Translations under genes and position numbers: made by a program
Source of the DNA: an uncultured Acidobacteriota bacterium
Lineage (GTDB): Bacteria > Acidobacteriota > Vicinamibacteria > Vicinamibacterales > CAVVIG01
Direction: 5' to 3'
DNA length: 64,000 nucleotides
NCBI GenBank assembly: GCA_963773035.1
Contig: CAVYZX010000004.1
Coordinates: 470,642 to 534,641, forward strand
Notes under the pieces: generated by a model
What the model was told of the DNA's origin: nothing
Seen by the model: only the letters and a program-made list of their open reading frames with translations
Database searches by the model: none
Shown here: positions 1 through 9,431 of the stretch, piece after piece
Layout of the letters: each line of letters opens with the position of its first letter
How positions within the stretch are numbered: position 1 is the first letter of the stretch

Positions 1-1885
1 AGAAAGACGACCAGCGGCGCTTGGCGGTCTTGATGAATTGACGGCCCAGTTCTTCGTCCGCCGGTCGCCGCGCCATCGCCACGTCGCTGCCGAGCGTCAT
101 CAGCGCCAACCGCGCCTCTGCCGCAGTTGTGGTTGACGGTAGCGGAGGGCCGAACGCGACGGTCACCGGATACGGAACCCTCAGAGGCCACTTCCAGAAG
201 AACCGCCCTCCCTTGAAACTGAAGATGCTTCCCCACACACGATCGAGATAGACCGGAATGACAGGAACGTCGAGTCCGTTGACAATCCGTTCGAAACCGC
301 GTTTGAACGGAAGCATGTTCCCGGTTCTGCTGATCGACCCTTCCGCGAATATGCAGACGACATGACCTTCCTGTAATGCCCGCCGCGCCTGTTCCAACGA
401 ATTGAGCGCATCGCGGCCGGCGGCGATCGGGATCGCCTTCATCAGCTTCAGAAGTCGCTCGAGCGCCCAGTGCTCGAAATACGGGCGGTACACGAGGAAG
501 CGAATGAACCGTTGCACGCACGATCCGACCAGCAGGCCGTCGACGTGGGAGATATGGTTGCAGACGAGCAACGCCGGACCGCGAAATGGGACGTGCTCCT
601 GGCCGACGATGCGGATGCGGTAGACGGTGTGGGTGAGCAGCCACAAACTGAATCGAACCAGATATTCCGGCACGATACTCAAAACGACGACGCTCGAGGC
701 CAGCGTGATGACGCCGCAGGTCAGGATGATGTGTGCGGGTGACATCCCGATCACGTCTTTACAAAGCCAGAGCATGCCGGACGCCGCCAGGATTCCGACC
801 ATGTTCAGGAAACTGTTGGTCGCCATCAAGCGACCTTTTTCCTGTTCCCCGCTTCGCTGTTGCAACAGCGCGTTGAGTGGCACGGCGAACAGGCCGGCAA
901 AGAAACCCACCAGAGTCAAATTCATCGCGGCAAGAGCGAAGGAGTGGCCCGACCACGACAGCAGTACTGCAAACACACTCATGCCGATCGAGCCGATGGG
1001 CGCCAGACCGAGTTCGACCTTATCCCCTGAAAGCCGACCCGCCGCGAGACTGCCGATCCCGATTCCCAGTGCCGCGAATGTCGTGAGCAGGCCGACCCAT
1101 CGATCGCCGAGTCCCATGACTTCGGTACCAAACAGAATCACGACGAGCTGCAGAAGGGAGCCGAGAAACCAGAAGTAGGAAATGCCGACGACTGTTGGCC
1201 AGAGAACCCGATCTGCGCGCAGTCGCTTCACACCGCTGACGATCTCTCCCCATGGATTCGGATCGATTTTCCTGCCGGGCGCGGCCGGGGCGACGTGCGG
1301 AATTCGAAAGCTCAGAACGGTGCCTGCAACGGCGACGACAAGAACGACGACACCGACCAGCCACAGCCGGTCTCGCCACGCGTCGAACATGAAACTGCCC
1401 GCCGCCGTACCGACAACGATGGCCACGAAGGTGCTCATCTCCAGGACGCCATTCGCCCGGGACAGATCGCGGTCCGGAAGGATCTCCGGCAGAATGCCGT
1501 ATTTAGCGGGGCTGAAAAAGGTTGCCTGAAGCGCGATGAGGAACAGCACGGCGTAGGTGATCTCCAGGCGCCCCGCCATGAACGCAACCAGTCCAAGAGC
1601 CGCAGCGACGATCTCGAGCGACTTTGTCACGATTAGCACGGTTCGCTTGCTGTACACGTCCGCGAGTTGGCCGGCGTAGCCGGAAAACAGCAGAAAGGGC
1701 AGGATGAAGACCGCACCGACGATCGAGAGCTGGCGGCCGGAGTTCGCGCTCGTGGCCGCATGAACGGCGACCATCGAAACGACGATCTTGAACAGGTTGT
1801 CATTGAACGCGCCCAGGAACTGCGTCCAGAGGAAGGGCTGCAACCCACGATGTTCGAGCGTGTCGCGGTAGCCGTGACCAGGCAT
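1..1885 (-). CDS. MFS (LplT-like) transporter fused to a PlsC-type acyltransferase; the 3' end runs off the window (Aas-like architecture)
   Basis: Absent from the ORF track because it has no stop in the window. My translation from ATG (cat at 1883-1885) gives MPGHGYRDTLEHRGLQPFLWTQFLGAFNDNLFK. Many hydrophobic segments follow, then the acyltransferase motifs NHISHVDG (HX4D) and FAEGSISRTG. The last residues, EELGRQFIKTAKRRW, look like the start of an AMP-binding domain. Confidence 0.8.
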   Translation of the reverse strand, partial: MPGHGYRDTLEHRGLQPFLWTQFLGAFNDNLFKIVVSMVAVHAATSANSGRQLSIVGAVFILPFLLFSGYAGQLADVYSKRTVLIVTKSLEIVAAALGLVAFMAGRLEITYAVLFLIALQATFFSPAKYGILPEILPDRDLSRANGVLEMSTFVAIVVGTAAGSFMFDAWRDRLWLVGVVVLVVAVAGTVLSFRIPHVAPAAPGRKIDPNPWGEIVSGVKRLRADRVLWPTVVGISYFWFLGSLLQLVVILFGTEVMGLGDRWVGLLTTFAALGIGIGSLAAGRLSGDKVELGLAPIGSIGMSVFAVLLSWSGHSFALAAMNLTLVGFFAGLFAVPLNALLQQRSGEQEKGRLMATNSFLNMVGILAASGMLWLCKDVIGMSPAHIILTCGVITLASSVVVLSIVPEYLVRFSLWLLTHTVYRIRIVGQEHVPFRGPALLVCNHISHVDGLLVGSCVQRFIRFLVYRPYFEHWALERLLKLMKAIPIAAGRDALNSLEQARRALQEGHVVCIFAEGSISRTGNMLPFKRGFERIVNGLDVPVIPVYLDRVWGSIFSFKGGRFFWKWPLRVPYPVTVAFGPPLPSTTTAAEARLALMTLGSDVAMARRPADEELGRQFIKTAKRRWSSF

Positions 1886-2049
1886 CTTTAATTCCTCGCG
1901 GGGCCCCGCCCCCGCTCGCCGACGCGCTCGCGCCGTTGCACTCGCGCGCATCCAGAACAGAGCGTCAACGTCACACCGGTCCAAGATAGCGCCGCGCAGA
2001 ATCGAGGTCCTGAGCGCGTCTTGAAAAAGGCTGAGAAACGCTGAGAGTC

Positions 2050-4050
2050 TTATCGGGCGCGGTCGGCCAGGCGCGCAAGGACGGCTGTAAATCCTTTCGC
2101 GCCAGAGAGTTGTCGAAGAAGGAACTCCGCCGGAAGGGTCCACCCGGCGAACCCCGGAGGCGCCTGCTCCAGGAGTCGCCCCAACTCTCCGACGGCAGCC
2201 TCTGCATTGCCCCGAGCAGTGAGCAGCTCGGCACGAACAATTCCCGCCTCGATTGGACGGGCGGAGGCCAAGAGCGAGAGAGAAGCCTCCACGTTATCCA
2301 GCGCGATTTCTGCCAGGGCGTGTGAGCCGTTGGCTCGAAACGCAAGCGCGAGCCCCAGGTTCGATTGCGCGTGATCTGGATAGAGCACGAGCGCCTGTTG
2401 AAAGCTTTCGATGGCCGCATCGAATCTGCCTGCGTGCAACTGACACAAACCCCGCCCGTGCACCGCGTTCATCGCGTACTCGCGGCCGTACAGCCGACGG
2501 GGTTCCGCGAACACGCGTTCACGGTCGAACTCGTCGAGCGCCTCATCCACATCGTCTTGGGCCAGGCGGACCAGCCCGAGCAACCAGTGAAGACCGAGCG
2601 CCGGGTACCGCTCGCCGCGCGCAATCTGTCTGTCCTGCACCGCGGCTCCCTGACGGAGGACGGTTTCGGCCTCTGCAAGGCGCCCGCGGGCGACATGGAC
2701 CATCGCCATCTGAAAGTGCGCGAACGCAAATTCTGGATAGAGCGCGAGCGTGCCACCCGCTGCGCGCAAGCGGTGCTCACCCCATGACGCATGTCCCAAC
2801 CTGAATGCGTGACGCCAGTTGGTAGGCTCGACGGCCACTGCACGACGAGCCGCCACGAGTGCGTCTTCGGTTTTCCAGGCGCTCACCAGAATCAAGGCCA
2901 GTGTCGCCTGCGCTTCAGCGAGGGTATCGTCCAGTTCCGCGGCGTGTCGTGCGTGTGCGAGTGCCTGATCCAACAGACGGCGGTCCGGCTGGTTGTCCGA
3001 TCGAGTCGTCTCGTACCGAGCGAACTGGGCACTCGCGAGGCCCGTGTACGCCAGCGCATATCGTGAATCAGCCACCACCGCCTTCTGGAAGTCGGCAATT
3101 GCTTTCGGGATCTCCTCGACGTCGAGGGCCTCGAGCCTCACCCACCCTTCGGTAAACGCTCGATATGCCTCGAGACTGTGGGTCTCGACCCGGCTGCGAG
3201 GATGAGCGTGAACGATCGAGACTCCCAGTTCCTTGGAAAACTGCTCGACGACTGCGTCTTGAAGCTCGAAGATCTCACTGAGCGGACCATCAACTTTCGC
3301 ATCCGCGAGCGCCTCTCCGCTCGAGACGTCGACGACTCGAGCCGTGATGCGAATGCGATCTCCATGTCTCTGAAAGCTGCCGGCGACGGCGAAGCGGACG
3401 CCAAGATCGGCGGCCACACGGCTCAGTGAGCCGTCGGTTCGACGCGCCGCTTCCATTACGTGCCAGCGATCAACGACCCGAAAACGGTCGAGCGCGCGAA
3501 GGTCGGCCGTCACCGTCTCCGCGATCCCCGCGCACAACCACGCCGAGTCTTCGTCACTGGTTACGTTGGTAAAATCAAGGACTGCCAATGCGTGTTCGCC
3601 GGAGACTGCGGTCTGAGTGGCGGCCTTGACCGGCTGCGTCGTGTCGGGCTCCACGATTTCGACCGGCGCGACAAATCGGTAGCCGCGGCGCGCGACAGTC
3701 TTGATGAACTGTGGCGCTCCCGCATCGTCTCCCAGGGCATCACGCAGTTCGGAGACGGCTTGCGCCAACGCGTTGTCAGTCACGTTCGCGTTGGGCCAGA
3801 GCGCGTCGAGCAGCTGTTCTTTTGTCGTCAGCGCGCCGGCATTGTCGAGCAGGTGGAACAGCAGGTCGAGAAGCTTGGGTGTGACGTCCAGCGCCTCGGT
3901 GCCTCTGAGGACGCGATAGCGGACCCGATCGGCCAGAAAAGGACCGAACCGATAAGACGGACTCGTCACTTCGTGGTGATTGTATTCGCGTTCGTCAAGT
4001 CGGTTCTGGCCTCCATTCGCCGTAGCGCAGCGCTGACCAGCCTCCGCCAA
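2050..4050 (-). CDS. Winged-helix (OmpR/CadC-type) DNA-binding regulator with a C-terminal TPR region
   Basis: 666-aa ORF. N-terminus: YRFGPFLADRVRYRVLRGTEALDVTPKLLDLLFHLLDN...FIKTVARRGYRF (trans_reg_C pattern). The C-terminal half is helical-repeat/TPR-like. The listed start is TTG 4050. GTG at 3969 (MTSPSYRFGPF) is an alternative start. Confidence 0.8.
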   Translation of the reverse strand: MAEAGQRCATANGGQNRLDEREYNHHEVTSPSYRFGPFLADRVRYRVLRGTEALDVTPKLLDLLFHLLDNAGALTTKEQLLDALWPNANVTDNALAQAVSELRDALGDDAGAPQFIKTVARRGYRFVAPVEIVEPDTTQPVKAATQTAVSGEHALAVLDFTNVTSDEDSAWLCAGIAETVTADLRALDRFRVVDRWHVMEAARRTDGSLSRVAADLGVRFAVAGSFQRHGDRIRITARVVDVSSGEALADAKVDGPLSEIFELQDAVVEQFSKELGVSIVHAHPRSRVETHSLEAYRAFTEGWVRLEALDVEEIPKAIADFQKAVVADSRYALAYTGLASAQFARYETTRSDNQPDRRLLDQALAHARHAAELDDTLAEAQATLALILVSAWKTEDALVAARRAVAVEPTNWRHAFRLGHASWGEHRLRAAGGTLALYPEFAFAHFQMAMVHVARGRLAEAETVLRQGAAVQDRQIARGERYPALGLHWLLGLVRLAQDDVDEALDEFDRERVFAEPRRLYGREYAMNAVHGRGLCQLHAGRFDAAIESFQQALVLYPDHAQSNLGLALAFRANGSHALAEIALDNVEASLSLLASARPIEAGIVRAELLTARGNAEAAVGELGRLLEQAPPGFAGWTLPAEFLLRQLSGAKGFTAVLARLADRAR

Positions 4051-4529
4051 GGCTACGGCGGTCCGCCGAAGCGCGGTGGAATCGGCCGCGCGCGAAGGCG
4101 GAAGCCCTGCGCCACTTACGCTGCACCCTCAGAAGTCGATCGTCGCGCTGATCTTGGCGAATCGCGAGGTCAACAGAAGCGTCGGCCTTGGTCAAGGCAC
4201 AGCGATGAGGGCCTCCTGATCTGGTGGGACGCGGCGACGCGTGCTTCGAGCGTCGCATGGCGGGCACAGCCTAACATCACGACTGGGGCGAAGCTAGGCA
4301 GGTACTTGTCTGCCAACCGAAGAACAACGCAAGCACGCGAGCGCTTTTTCGGAGTGTTGTTGAGCGTCGGAACGGGTACCCCTTTTGCCGCCGTAGGGGC
4401 GCATGGCGACCCCAACTTTGACGCTGTCGAGGTCACAGAGTTCGGCCGGCCCCCGAGCCATTCCGTCAACGCGCGCCGGCAACGTGACGTGGATCGCCTT
4501 CGGTACTGGCCCAGGTCTCTGACGGCGCG

Positions 4530-4769
4530 TTGACCTATGTTGGAATCAGCACGTTCGGACCGAGCATCGAGGCCAACCCGCTGCTCGCATGGCTCATCGC
4601 CGCGACTGGATTGGGCTCGGCAATTTTTGGCGCGAAAGCGTTCGCGCTAGGGTGCGGCACCCTGCTGCACCTTCAAGGCATGCACCGCTCTCTAGCCACG
4701 CTCACCGCTGTCTACGCAGGCGTTGCCGTGTGGCAGTGGATCGCGGTGCTCTGGCCCGGCCTTCTCTAG
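4530..4769 (+). CDS. Small DUF5658-like membrane protein, possibly 5'-truncated or frameshifted
   Basis: 79-aa ORF with TTG start. ALTYVGISTFGPSIEANPLLAWL fits the D..T...G..E.NP pattern of DUF5658. Two further hydrophobic helices follow. The in-frame sequence upstream (VLAQVSDGA) is blocked by a stop at 4485. Confidence 0.55.
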   Translation: MTYVGISTFGPSIEANPLLAWLIAATGLGSAIFGAKAFALGCGTLLHLQGMHRSLATLTAVYAGVAVWQWIAVLWPGLL

Positions 4770-4902
4770 CAGAATCTTCCAGGTCGTTCGCCAGGCTGAC
4801 AACAGTACTTCTCGCAGCGGAATTCTGTCGGCCTACGGGCGCTAAGTTGCTGATTCGTCGGGGGGACCGAAGTGGTCAGGTTTTTGCGCGTCTCAATCGC
4901 TC

Positions 4903-5082
4903 GTGAGCGATCTCTCGACCACTCAAATCGAGCTCTTCATTGGACGCTCATTGGCATTTTGCGCGCACCCACTGGCAGCGTGGCGGGTCCTGCCTCGATC
5001 CAGACGCATGTTCATCGTCGTTGCCTATTTCGTGGCGGCGTTTGTCACGACTCTGAGCGCGCTGATGCTGCTCGCAGCCTGA
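4903..5082 (+). CDS. Small single-pass membrane protein (59 aa, below the ORF-track cutoff)
   Basis: My translation from GTG 4903 gives VSDLSTTQIELFIGRSLAFCAHPLAAWRVLPRSRRMFIVVAYFVAAFVTTLSALMLLAA, with the stop at 5080-5082. It has a clean C-terminal TM helix and G/C-rich third codon positions. I recognise no family. Confidence 0.35.
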   Translation: MSDLSTTQIELFIGRSLAFCAHPLAAWRVLPRSRRMFIVVAYFVAAFVTTLSALMLLAA

Positions 5083-5096
5083 ATCTGAAGTAAGAA

Positions 5097-5660
5097 TTAC
5101 GCCGCCTCCGAGCTCCCTTCCTTCGAAGACTTTCGGATGAACATCTCGATTTCCTCGTCGGAGAGGGCGGCTTCGTCCACCGTGCCGATCGCCCGGGCCG
5201 CGGCCTGGTAGGCTGGCGCATCGCCGGGCGGCACGCTCGCGTAGATCGCGTGCAGCTCGTGCATCAAGGCATCGCGGCGGTGACGCGCGGCCTCGATGTC
5301 GAGCGCGCCGTCTGCCAAATCGGAAAGGAGCGCACGGTACTCCTCGCGGATCAGCCACAAGCGGTTCGCGCACCACGCATGCATCTGGGCGGATCGACCG
5401 AAATCGAGCGTGAGGTCTACCAACAGCGCCGCGACGGCAGCCGACGCGAGCACGGCGGCAAGTGTTGTGTAGATCGGCCCCTTCCCAAACGCCGCCGCGG
5501 TTGCGGTGCCGACCACTCCCGCCATCAGCGCCGCCTCGATTGCTTTGAGCCAGCGGCTCCGTCGTGCCCGCTCGTGTGCGAGCTGAGAATGGGTCTTATG
5601 GCGATACACGACGTGGCCGAAGGTCAAACGGAGGTGGTCGATGAGAGTGAGCTCAAACAT
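5097..5660 (-). CDS. SLATT-like two-TM protein (predicted pore-forming effector family)
   Basis: ATG at 5660 is preceded by GGAG with 5-nt spacing; the ORF track starts 27 nt earlier at TTG. Layout: N-terminal helix (FGHVVYRHKTHSQLAHERARRSRWLK), two TM helices (AIEAALMAGVVGTATAAAF / IYTTLAAVLASAAVAALLV), then a helical tail (AQMHAWCANRLWLIREEYRALLSDL...HELHAIYASVPP). This matches the SLATT arrangement as I remember it. Confidence 0.6.
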   Translation of the reverse strand: MFELTLIDHLRLTFGHVVYRHKTHSQLAHERARRSRWLKAIEAALMAGVVGTATAAAFGKGPIYTTLAAVLASAAVAALLVDLTLDFGRSAQMHAWCANRLWLIREEYRALLSDLADGALDIEAARHRRDALMHELHAIYASVPPGDAPAYQAAARAIGTVDEAALSDEEIEMFIRKSSKEGSSEAA

Positions 5661-5925
5661 GCGTTCTCCTTGGGCACCCGAACTCAACTCGAACCCGCGA
5701 TCGTCTGGAAGAAAATTAAGTTCGCAGTATCGCTGACGGTCGCGTTCCAGTAAAGCTCAGCAACTTGACGTCTTTGCGCCGCTTCGCGCAGCCGTGGGCA
5801 GTTAGGTCAAGCGTCGAAATGATTCCTCACGGAACGAAAATTGTCGGCCGGTGAGGAAGGTCCGGTGAGATCACGCCCAAAAACGCACCGCACAGCCTGG
5901 TACGTGGGTTGCCTCAGCCGTTCCC

Positions 5926-6408
5926 GTGCAGCTGCACCTAATCAAGGACGACGAGGACGGCGACGGGAATGTGCCGGAAAGCCCGGCCGCCTGGTGCGCG
6001 CGGTTGCTGTTTCGAGCCCTGGTCGAACTCGATGGCGATGCGGCGGTTATGCACATCGGACAGAAACCTTATCTCGTCGCGCCTGCCGGTGCGATCGAGA
6101 TTGGCGAGTGCTGCTTGACGGCCGGAGCCGTGGAAACATTGATCGTCGAGATTCTTCCCGACAGCGCCAGGGACGTGCTCCGTGTCGCGGGCGCGGCCCA
6201 CGCCAACTGCTTCATGACGGAGGGCCTGCCTGGCGCGAGTTTCACCGCCACAGCCACGCGAACACAGGGCGCAATCGGGTTGGAGATTCACCGGCTTCGC
6301 CGACCGGGCGAGGCGCGAGCATCGACGGCGTCCAAAGCCGCCAGTCGGGCTCGCAACCTTCACGACGATCTTGCCTTGCCTTCCGCAGATGAACTCTGGC
6401 CGGTCTGA
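5926..6408 (+). CDS. Hypothetical protein resembling only the N-terminal domain of PilT/GspE ATPases, with no ATPase core
   Basis: 160-aa ORF with GTG start and G/C-rich third positions. LLFRALVELDGDAAVMHIGQKPYLVAPAGAIEIGECCLTAGAVETLIVEILPDSARDVL...ASFTATATRTQGAIGLEIHRL parallels the PilT N-terminus (SDLHL..G.P..R..G.l...lt...v..l...il...RFRVN...vlR). No Walker motifs are present. Confidence 0.45.
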   Translation: MQLHLIKDDEDGDGNVPESPAAWCARLLFRALVELDGDAAVMHIGQKPYLVAPAGAIEIGECCLTAGAVETLIVEILPDSARDVLRVAGAAHANCFMTEGLPGASFTATATRTQGAIGLEIHRLRRPGEARASTASKAASRARNLHDDLALPSADELWPV

Positions 6409-6410
6409 CG

Positions 6411-6890
6411 CTACTTGGCCTCGGTGTCTTCGATTTGCTGTGAGAGATAGCGTTCGTAACCCAGCTCCTTGATCTGATGGACCTGGGCTTCGAGAAAGTC
6501 CACGTGCTCTTCCTCGTCCTTGAGCAGGCGCTCGAACAGCTCCCGCGAGGTGTTGTCGCCAGCTTCGCGGGCCACTTTCACTGATTCGTTGTACATCCCG
6601 ACGGCTTTGATTTCGAGCGCGAGATCCTTCTGAAGCTGAGTACGCACGTCCTGGCCGATGGTGAGTGGAAGCGGTTGCATGTTAGGGGCACCGTCCAGAA
6701 AGAGGATACGCTCGAGAATCTCCTCTGCGTGTTTCATCTCACCGATGGACTGCTTCTTGATGTAATTCCCGAGGCGATGGTAGCCCCAGTTGTGGCACAT
6801 CTCAGCGTGCACGAAATACTGGTTGATGGCGGTGAGCTCTTCCTGCAGCGCCTCGTTCAACTTCGCGATGACATCCGGATTCCCTCGCAC
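6411..6890 (-). CDS. bfr: Bacterioferritin
   Basis: VRGNPDVIAKLNEALQEELTAINQYFVHAEMCHNWGY...EEEHVDFLEAQ is a typical Bfr sequence. GTG at 6890 is preceded by AGGAGG (6895-6900) with 4-nt spacing. The longer ORF-track form (to 7055) would overlap the upstream gene. Confidence 0.93.
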   Translation of the reverse strand: MRGNPDVIAKLNEALQEELTAINQYFVHAEMCHNWGYHRLGNYIKKQSIGEMKHAEEILERILFLDGAPNMQPLPLTIGQDVRTQLQKDLALEIKAVGMYNESVKVAREAGDNTSRELFERLLKDEEEHVDFLEAQVHQIKELGYERYLSQQIEDTEAK

Positions 6891-6934
6891 GAACCCTCCT
6901 TTTCGAGATTCCTGTTGCGCAGTCGCTCGCAGCG

Positions 6935-8080
6935 CTACAGCGCTGCGCCACATTCTAGTTCGCTTTTGAGCGCCGGATCGTGGGAATGCAAAAACCACCG
7001 ATCGAGCACGACGTGCCGAACGAATGCCGGGATACGAAGCAGACCGCGCGCACATCCAGCAACGAGATCGGCCGGCAGCAGTTCCGCCAGCGGCGGTGAG
7101 GCCTGACCACTCCCGAATCGCTTCGACAGCAGGCGCTGGTACGAGGCGAGCCGGTCTGCCGCGTACAGTCCGCTCGCCTGCAGGATTGACGAAGCGGCCA
7201 GCATGCCCGACTCGATCGCCGGCCGGATCCCTTCTCCACTCTGAGGATACGCGAGACCGGCGGCATCTCCGACGAGCATGACTCCGTCAGCGAAGACTCG
7301 CCGGCGTGATGCGTGCAACAAGTAGGCGTGCCCCCGCCAGCGCCACGTTGCATCTGTCGGAACCTTGTGCCGCGCAGCCAGGAACGCAACGAAATCCGCG
7401 CTCGCTTTCGGCAGTGCCCGTCGACTCAAATGTCCGAAGCCGACGTTGAGATGATCCTGCTTTCGAAAGCACCAGCCATACCCACGGAGATCGCGCGAGA
7501 AGTACAGCTCGGGCTTCTCTGGATCCGTTGTAAACGAGCCGTCGTGCGGAACGACTGGAAACTCGACCTCCTGCGCCACGACCAGCGCGGTCTCGTCGAC
7601 CGCAAGAGGGCCGTTCAGATGTCGAGCGACGGGACAGAAATGGCCACCCGCACCAACCAGGAGAGGTGTTCGAATCTGCTCGTTGACGATCCAGTCGCGA
7701 CCTTCACGCCGCAAACGCGAAAACGGGACGCCCAGCTTCAGCCGTGCACCCGAGCGCTTCAACAGGTAGTCGTCGAATTCACAGCGGCGAATACCGAAAC
7801 TGACCGGACGCCCATAATTGGTCTCGACCTCGCGATCGCCTCCGATCACGCCAGTTCGAAAACCCTTGATCGGCTGGAACGTCCTGCCTACCCGATACTC
7901 ATCGACGTCGAGCCCCAGATCGTCCACGACCTGCGTGGTGATCCACCCGGCGCAGACCTTGTCGCGGGGAAACGAGGACAAGTCCACGACCGTGACGTCG
8001 AGCCCGGCCTGGCGGAGCTTCCAGGCACACGTCGAACCAGCCGGACCTCCCCCCACGATCAACGCGTCGCAGTTTTCCAT
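6935..8080 (-). CDS. FAD-dependent oxidoreductase, geranylgeranyl reductase family
   Basis: 381 aa. The N-terminus DALIVGGGPAGSTCAWKLRQAGLDVTVVD is an FAD Rossmann fold (GxGxxG). The overall layout fits the geranylgeranyl reductase/halogenase-like family. Confidence 0.8.
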   Translation of the reverse strand: MENCDALIVGGGPAGSTCAWKLRQAGLDVTVVDLSSFPRDKVCAGWITTQVVDDLGLDVDEYRVGRTFQPIKGFRTGVIGGDREVETNYGRPVSFGIRRCEFDDYLLKRSGARLKLGVPFSRLRREGRDWIVNEQIRTPLLVGAGGHFCPVARHLNGPLAVDETALVVAQEVEFPVVPHDGSFTTDPEKPELYFSRDLRGYGWCFRKQDHLNVGFGHLSRRALPKASADFVAFLAARHKVPTDATWRWRGHAYLLHASRRRVFADGVMLVGDAAGLAYPQSGEGIRPAIESGMLAASSILQASGLYAADRLASYQRLLSKRFGSGQASPPLAELLPADLVAGCARGLLRIPAFVRHVVLDRWFLHSHDPALKSELECGAAL

Positions 8081-8113
8081 GGTGGAGAGTTTCCGAATCG
8101 ACGGCCGCTCTGG

Positions 8114-9340
8114 TCAGCCATCCTGCCGTGTCCACGGGATGGCATTGCTCGCGTTGCGCGCAAACACCACCTGAAACAGTTGCAGCGTGCCGGTCGTGAA
8201 TGCCGCCTGGGATCCAGCGAGATACAGCCGCCACGCATTGACGAAAACACTGTCGAACATGGCGGCCACGGTGTCGGCGGCTCCGTCGAAACGCCGGCGC
8301 CAGTGTTCGAGCGTCTTGGCGTAGTGGAGCCGCAGATTCTCGACGTCCAGTACCGAAAAAGCATTCGGCTCGAGAATGCGTTCGAAGACCTCGCGCAAAG
8401 TCGGTGGGTAGCCGCCGGGAAAGATTCGCTTCCGAATCCAGGGGTTGAGGGGAGCCGGACGGTTGCGACCGATGAAATGCAGCAGTCCGCGTCCTCCCGC
8501 AGCCAGCGAACGGTCAATGACCTGCCCGAACGTGGCGAAATCTGGCAGGCCGACGTGCTCGAGCATGCCGACCGATACGAATGCATCAAATTTGCCGTGC
8601 ACGTTCCGGTAGTCGTCTTGGATGAATTCGACCCGGTCGACCAGACCCGCCTTTTTGACCTGCTCTCTCGCATACGCGATCTGCTCGGTCGATACGTTGA
8701 AAGCTCGGACCTTCACGCCATAGCGTTCGGCCATGAACAAGGCCAGCGCGCCCCAACCGCAGCCTGCCTCGACGACTCGCTCGCCGGGCTTCAGCCGCAA
8801 CTTTCGGCACACCAGATCCATCTTCGCCAGCTGCGCATCGTCCAACAGACAGTTTGGCTGTGGGAAGTATGCGCACGTGTAGACCAGGTTTCGATCCAGC
8901 CACAATCGATAGAACTCGTTGCCGAGATCGTAGTGGTGATGAACGTTGTGTTTCGCCGTGCGAATATCGTTGGCGGACCGGGAAGAAGACTGGGCCGCCG
9001 GAAAGCGTCCTGCTCGCGCGCGATAGATCTCCTCGAGCAGCGCGACCAGATCCCCGCGAACCTCGATCGCCCCAAACATGTACGCCTCTCCGAAATGCAG
9101 GTCGGGATTCCAGACCCAGTCGAAGAGCACGCGTCGATTTTTGATGACCACGATGGCCACTGGAGGCCCGGCCTTCGAGGGCAGCTCGAAACCGTCCCAC
9201 AGCAAGAACTGAATGCGGGCACCAGCCACACCCTGCTGAATGCGCCCCAACAGCCAACGGTCGAACGTGGTCGACGTCACAGGGCCGACGCGGGTCGCGA
9301 ACACGGTTGCGGCTAGAACGTGAAAATGCTCGGGCTTCAT
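8114..9340 (-). CDS. Cyclopropane-fatty-acyl-phospholipid synthase family SAM methyltransferase
   Basis: Contains LVYTCAYF, AQLAKMDLVCRKLRLKPGERVVEAGCGWGALALFMAERYG and HWRRRF. ATG 9340 (MKPEHF) is preferred over the track start at 9412, which would leave only 16-19 nt to the divergent pncB. Confidence 0.85.
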   Translation of the reverse strand: MKPEHFHVLAATVFATRVGPVTSTTFDRWLLGRIQQGVAGARIQFLLWDGFELPSKAGPPVAIVVIKNRRVLFDWVWNPDLHFGEAYMFGAIEVRGDLVALLEEIYRARAGRFPAAQSSSRSANDIRTAKHNVHHHYDLGNEFYRLWLDRNLVYTCAYFPQPNCLLDDAQLAKMDLVCRKLRLKPGERVVEAGCGWGALALFMAERYGVKVRAFNVSTEQIAYAREQVKKAGLVDRVEFIQDDYRNVHGKFDAFVSVGMLEHVGLPDFATFGQVIDRSLAAGGRGLLHFIGRNRPAPLNPWIRKRIFPGGYPPTLREVFERILEPNAFSVLDVENLRLHYAKTLEHWRRRFDGAADTVAAMFDSVFVNAWRLYLAGSQAAFTTGTLQLFQVVFARNASNAIPWTRQDG

Positions 9341-9431
9341 GTCAGTAGGGCGCCGCTGTCTGGCGCAGTCGACGGGAATCATATCCAAAGACGATGCCGT
9401 ATGATCCTCCAAGCCGATCGGGTCACATTTG

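Noticed and set aside
3460-4533. 357-aa plus-strand ORF
   Set aside because: It is largely antisense to the winged-helix/TPR regulator, and its composition (R/A/G-rich) looks non-protein-like.
6891-7055. Long form of the bacterioferritin ORF (214 aa)
   Set aside because: The extension overlaps the upstream oxidoreductase gene and has no Bfr homology. GTG 6890 with AGGAGG gives the canonical 159-aa protein.
7313-9316. Longest plus-strand ORF in the area (667 aa)
   Set aside because: It is antisense to two well-supported genes, the FAD oxidoreductase and the Cfa-family methyltransferase. The translation is Arg/Pro/Val-rich with no motifs, which is typical of a shadow ORF in high-GC DNA.
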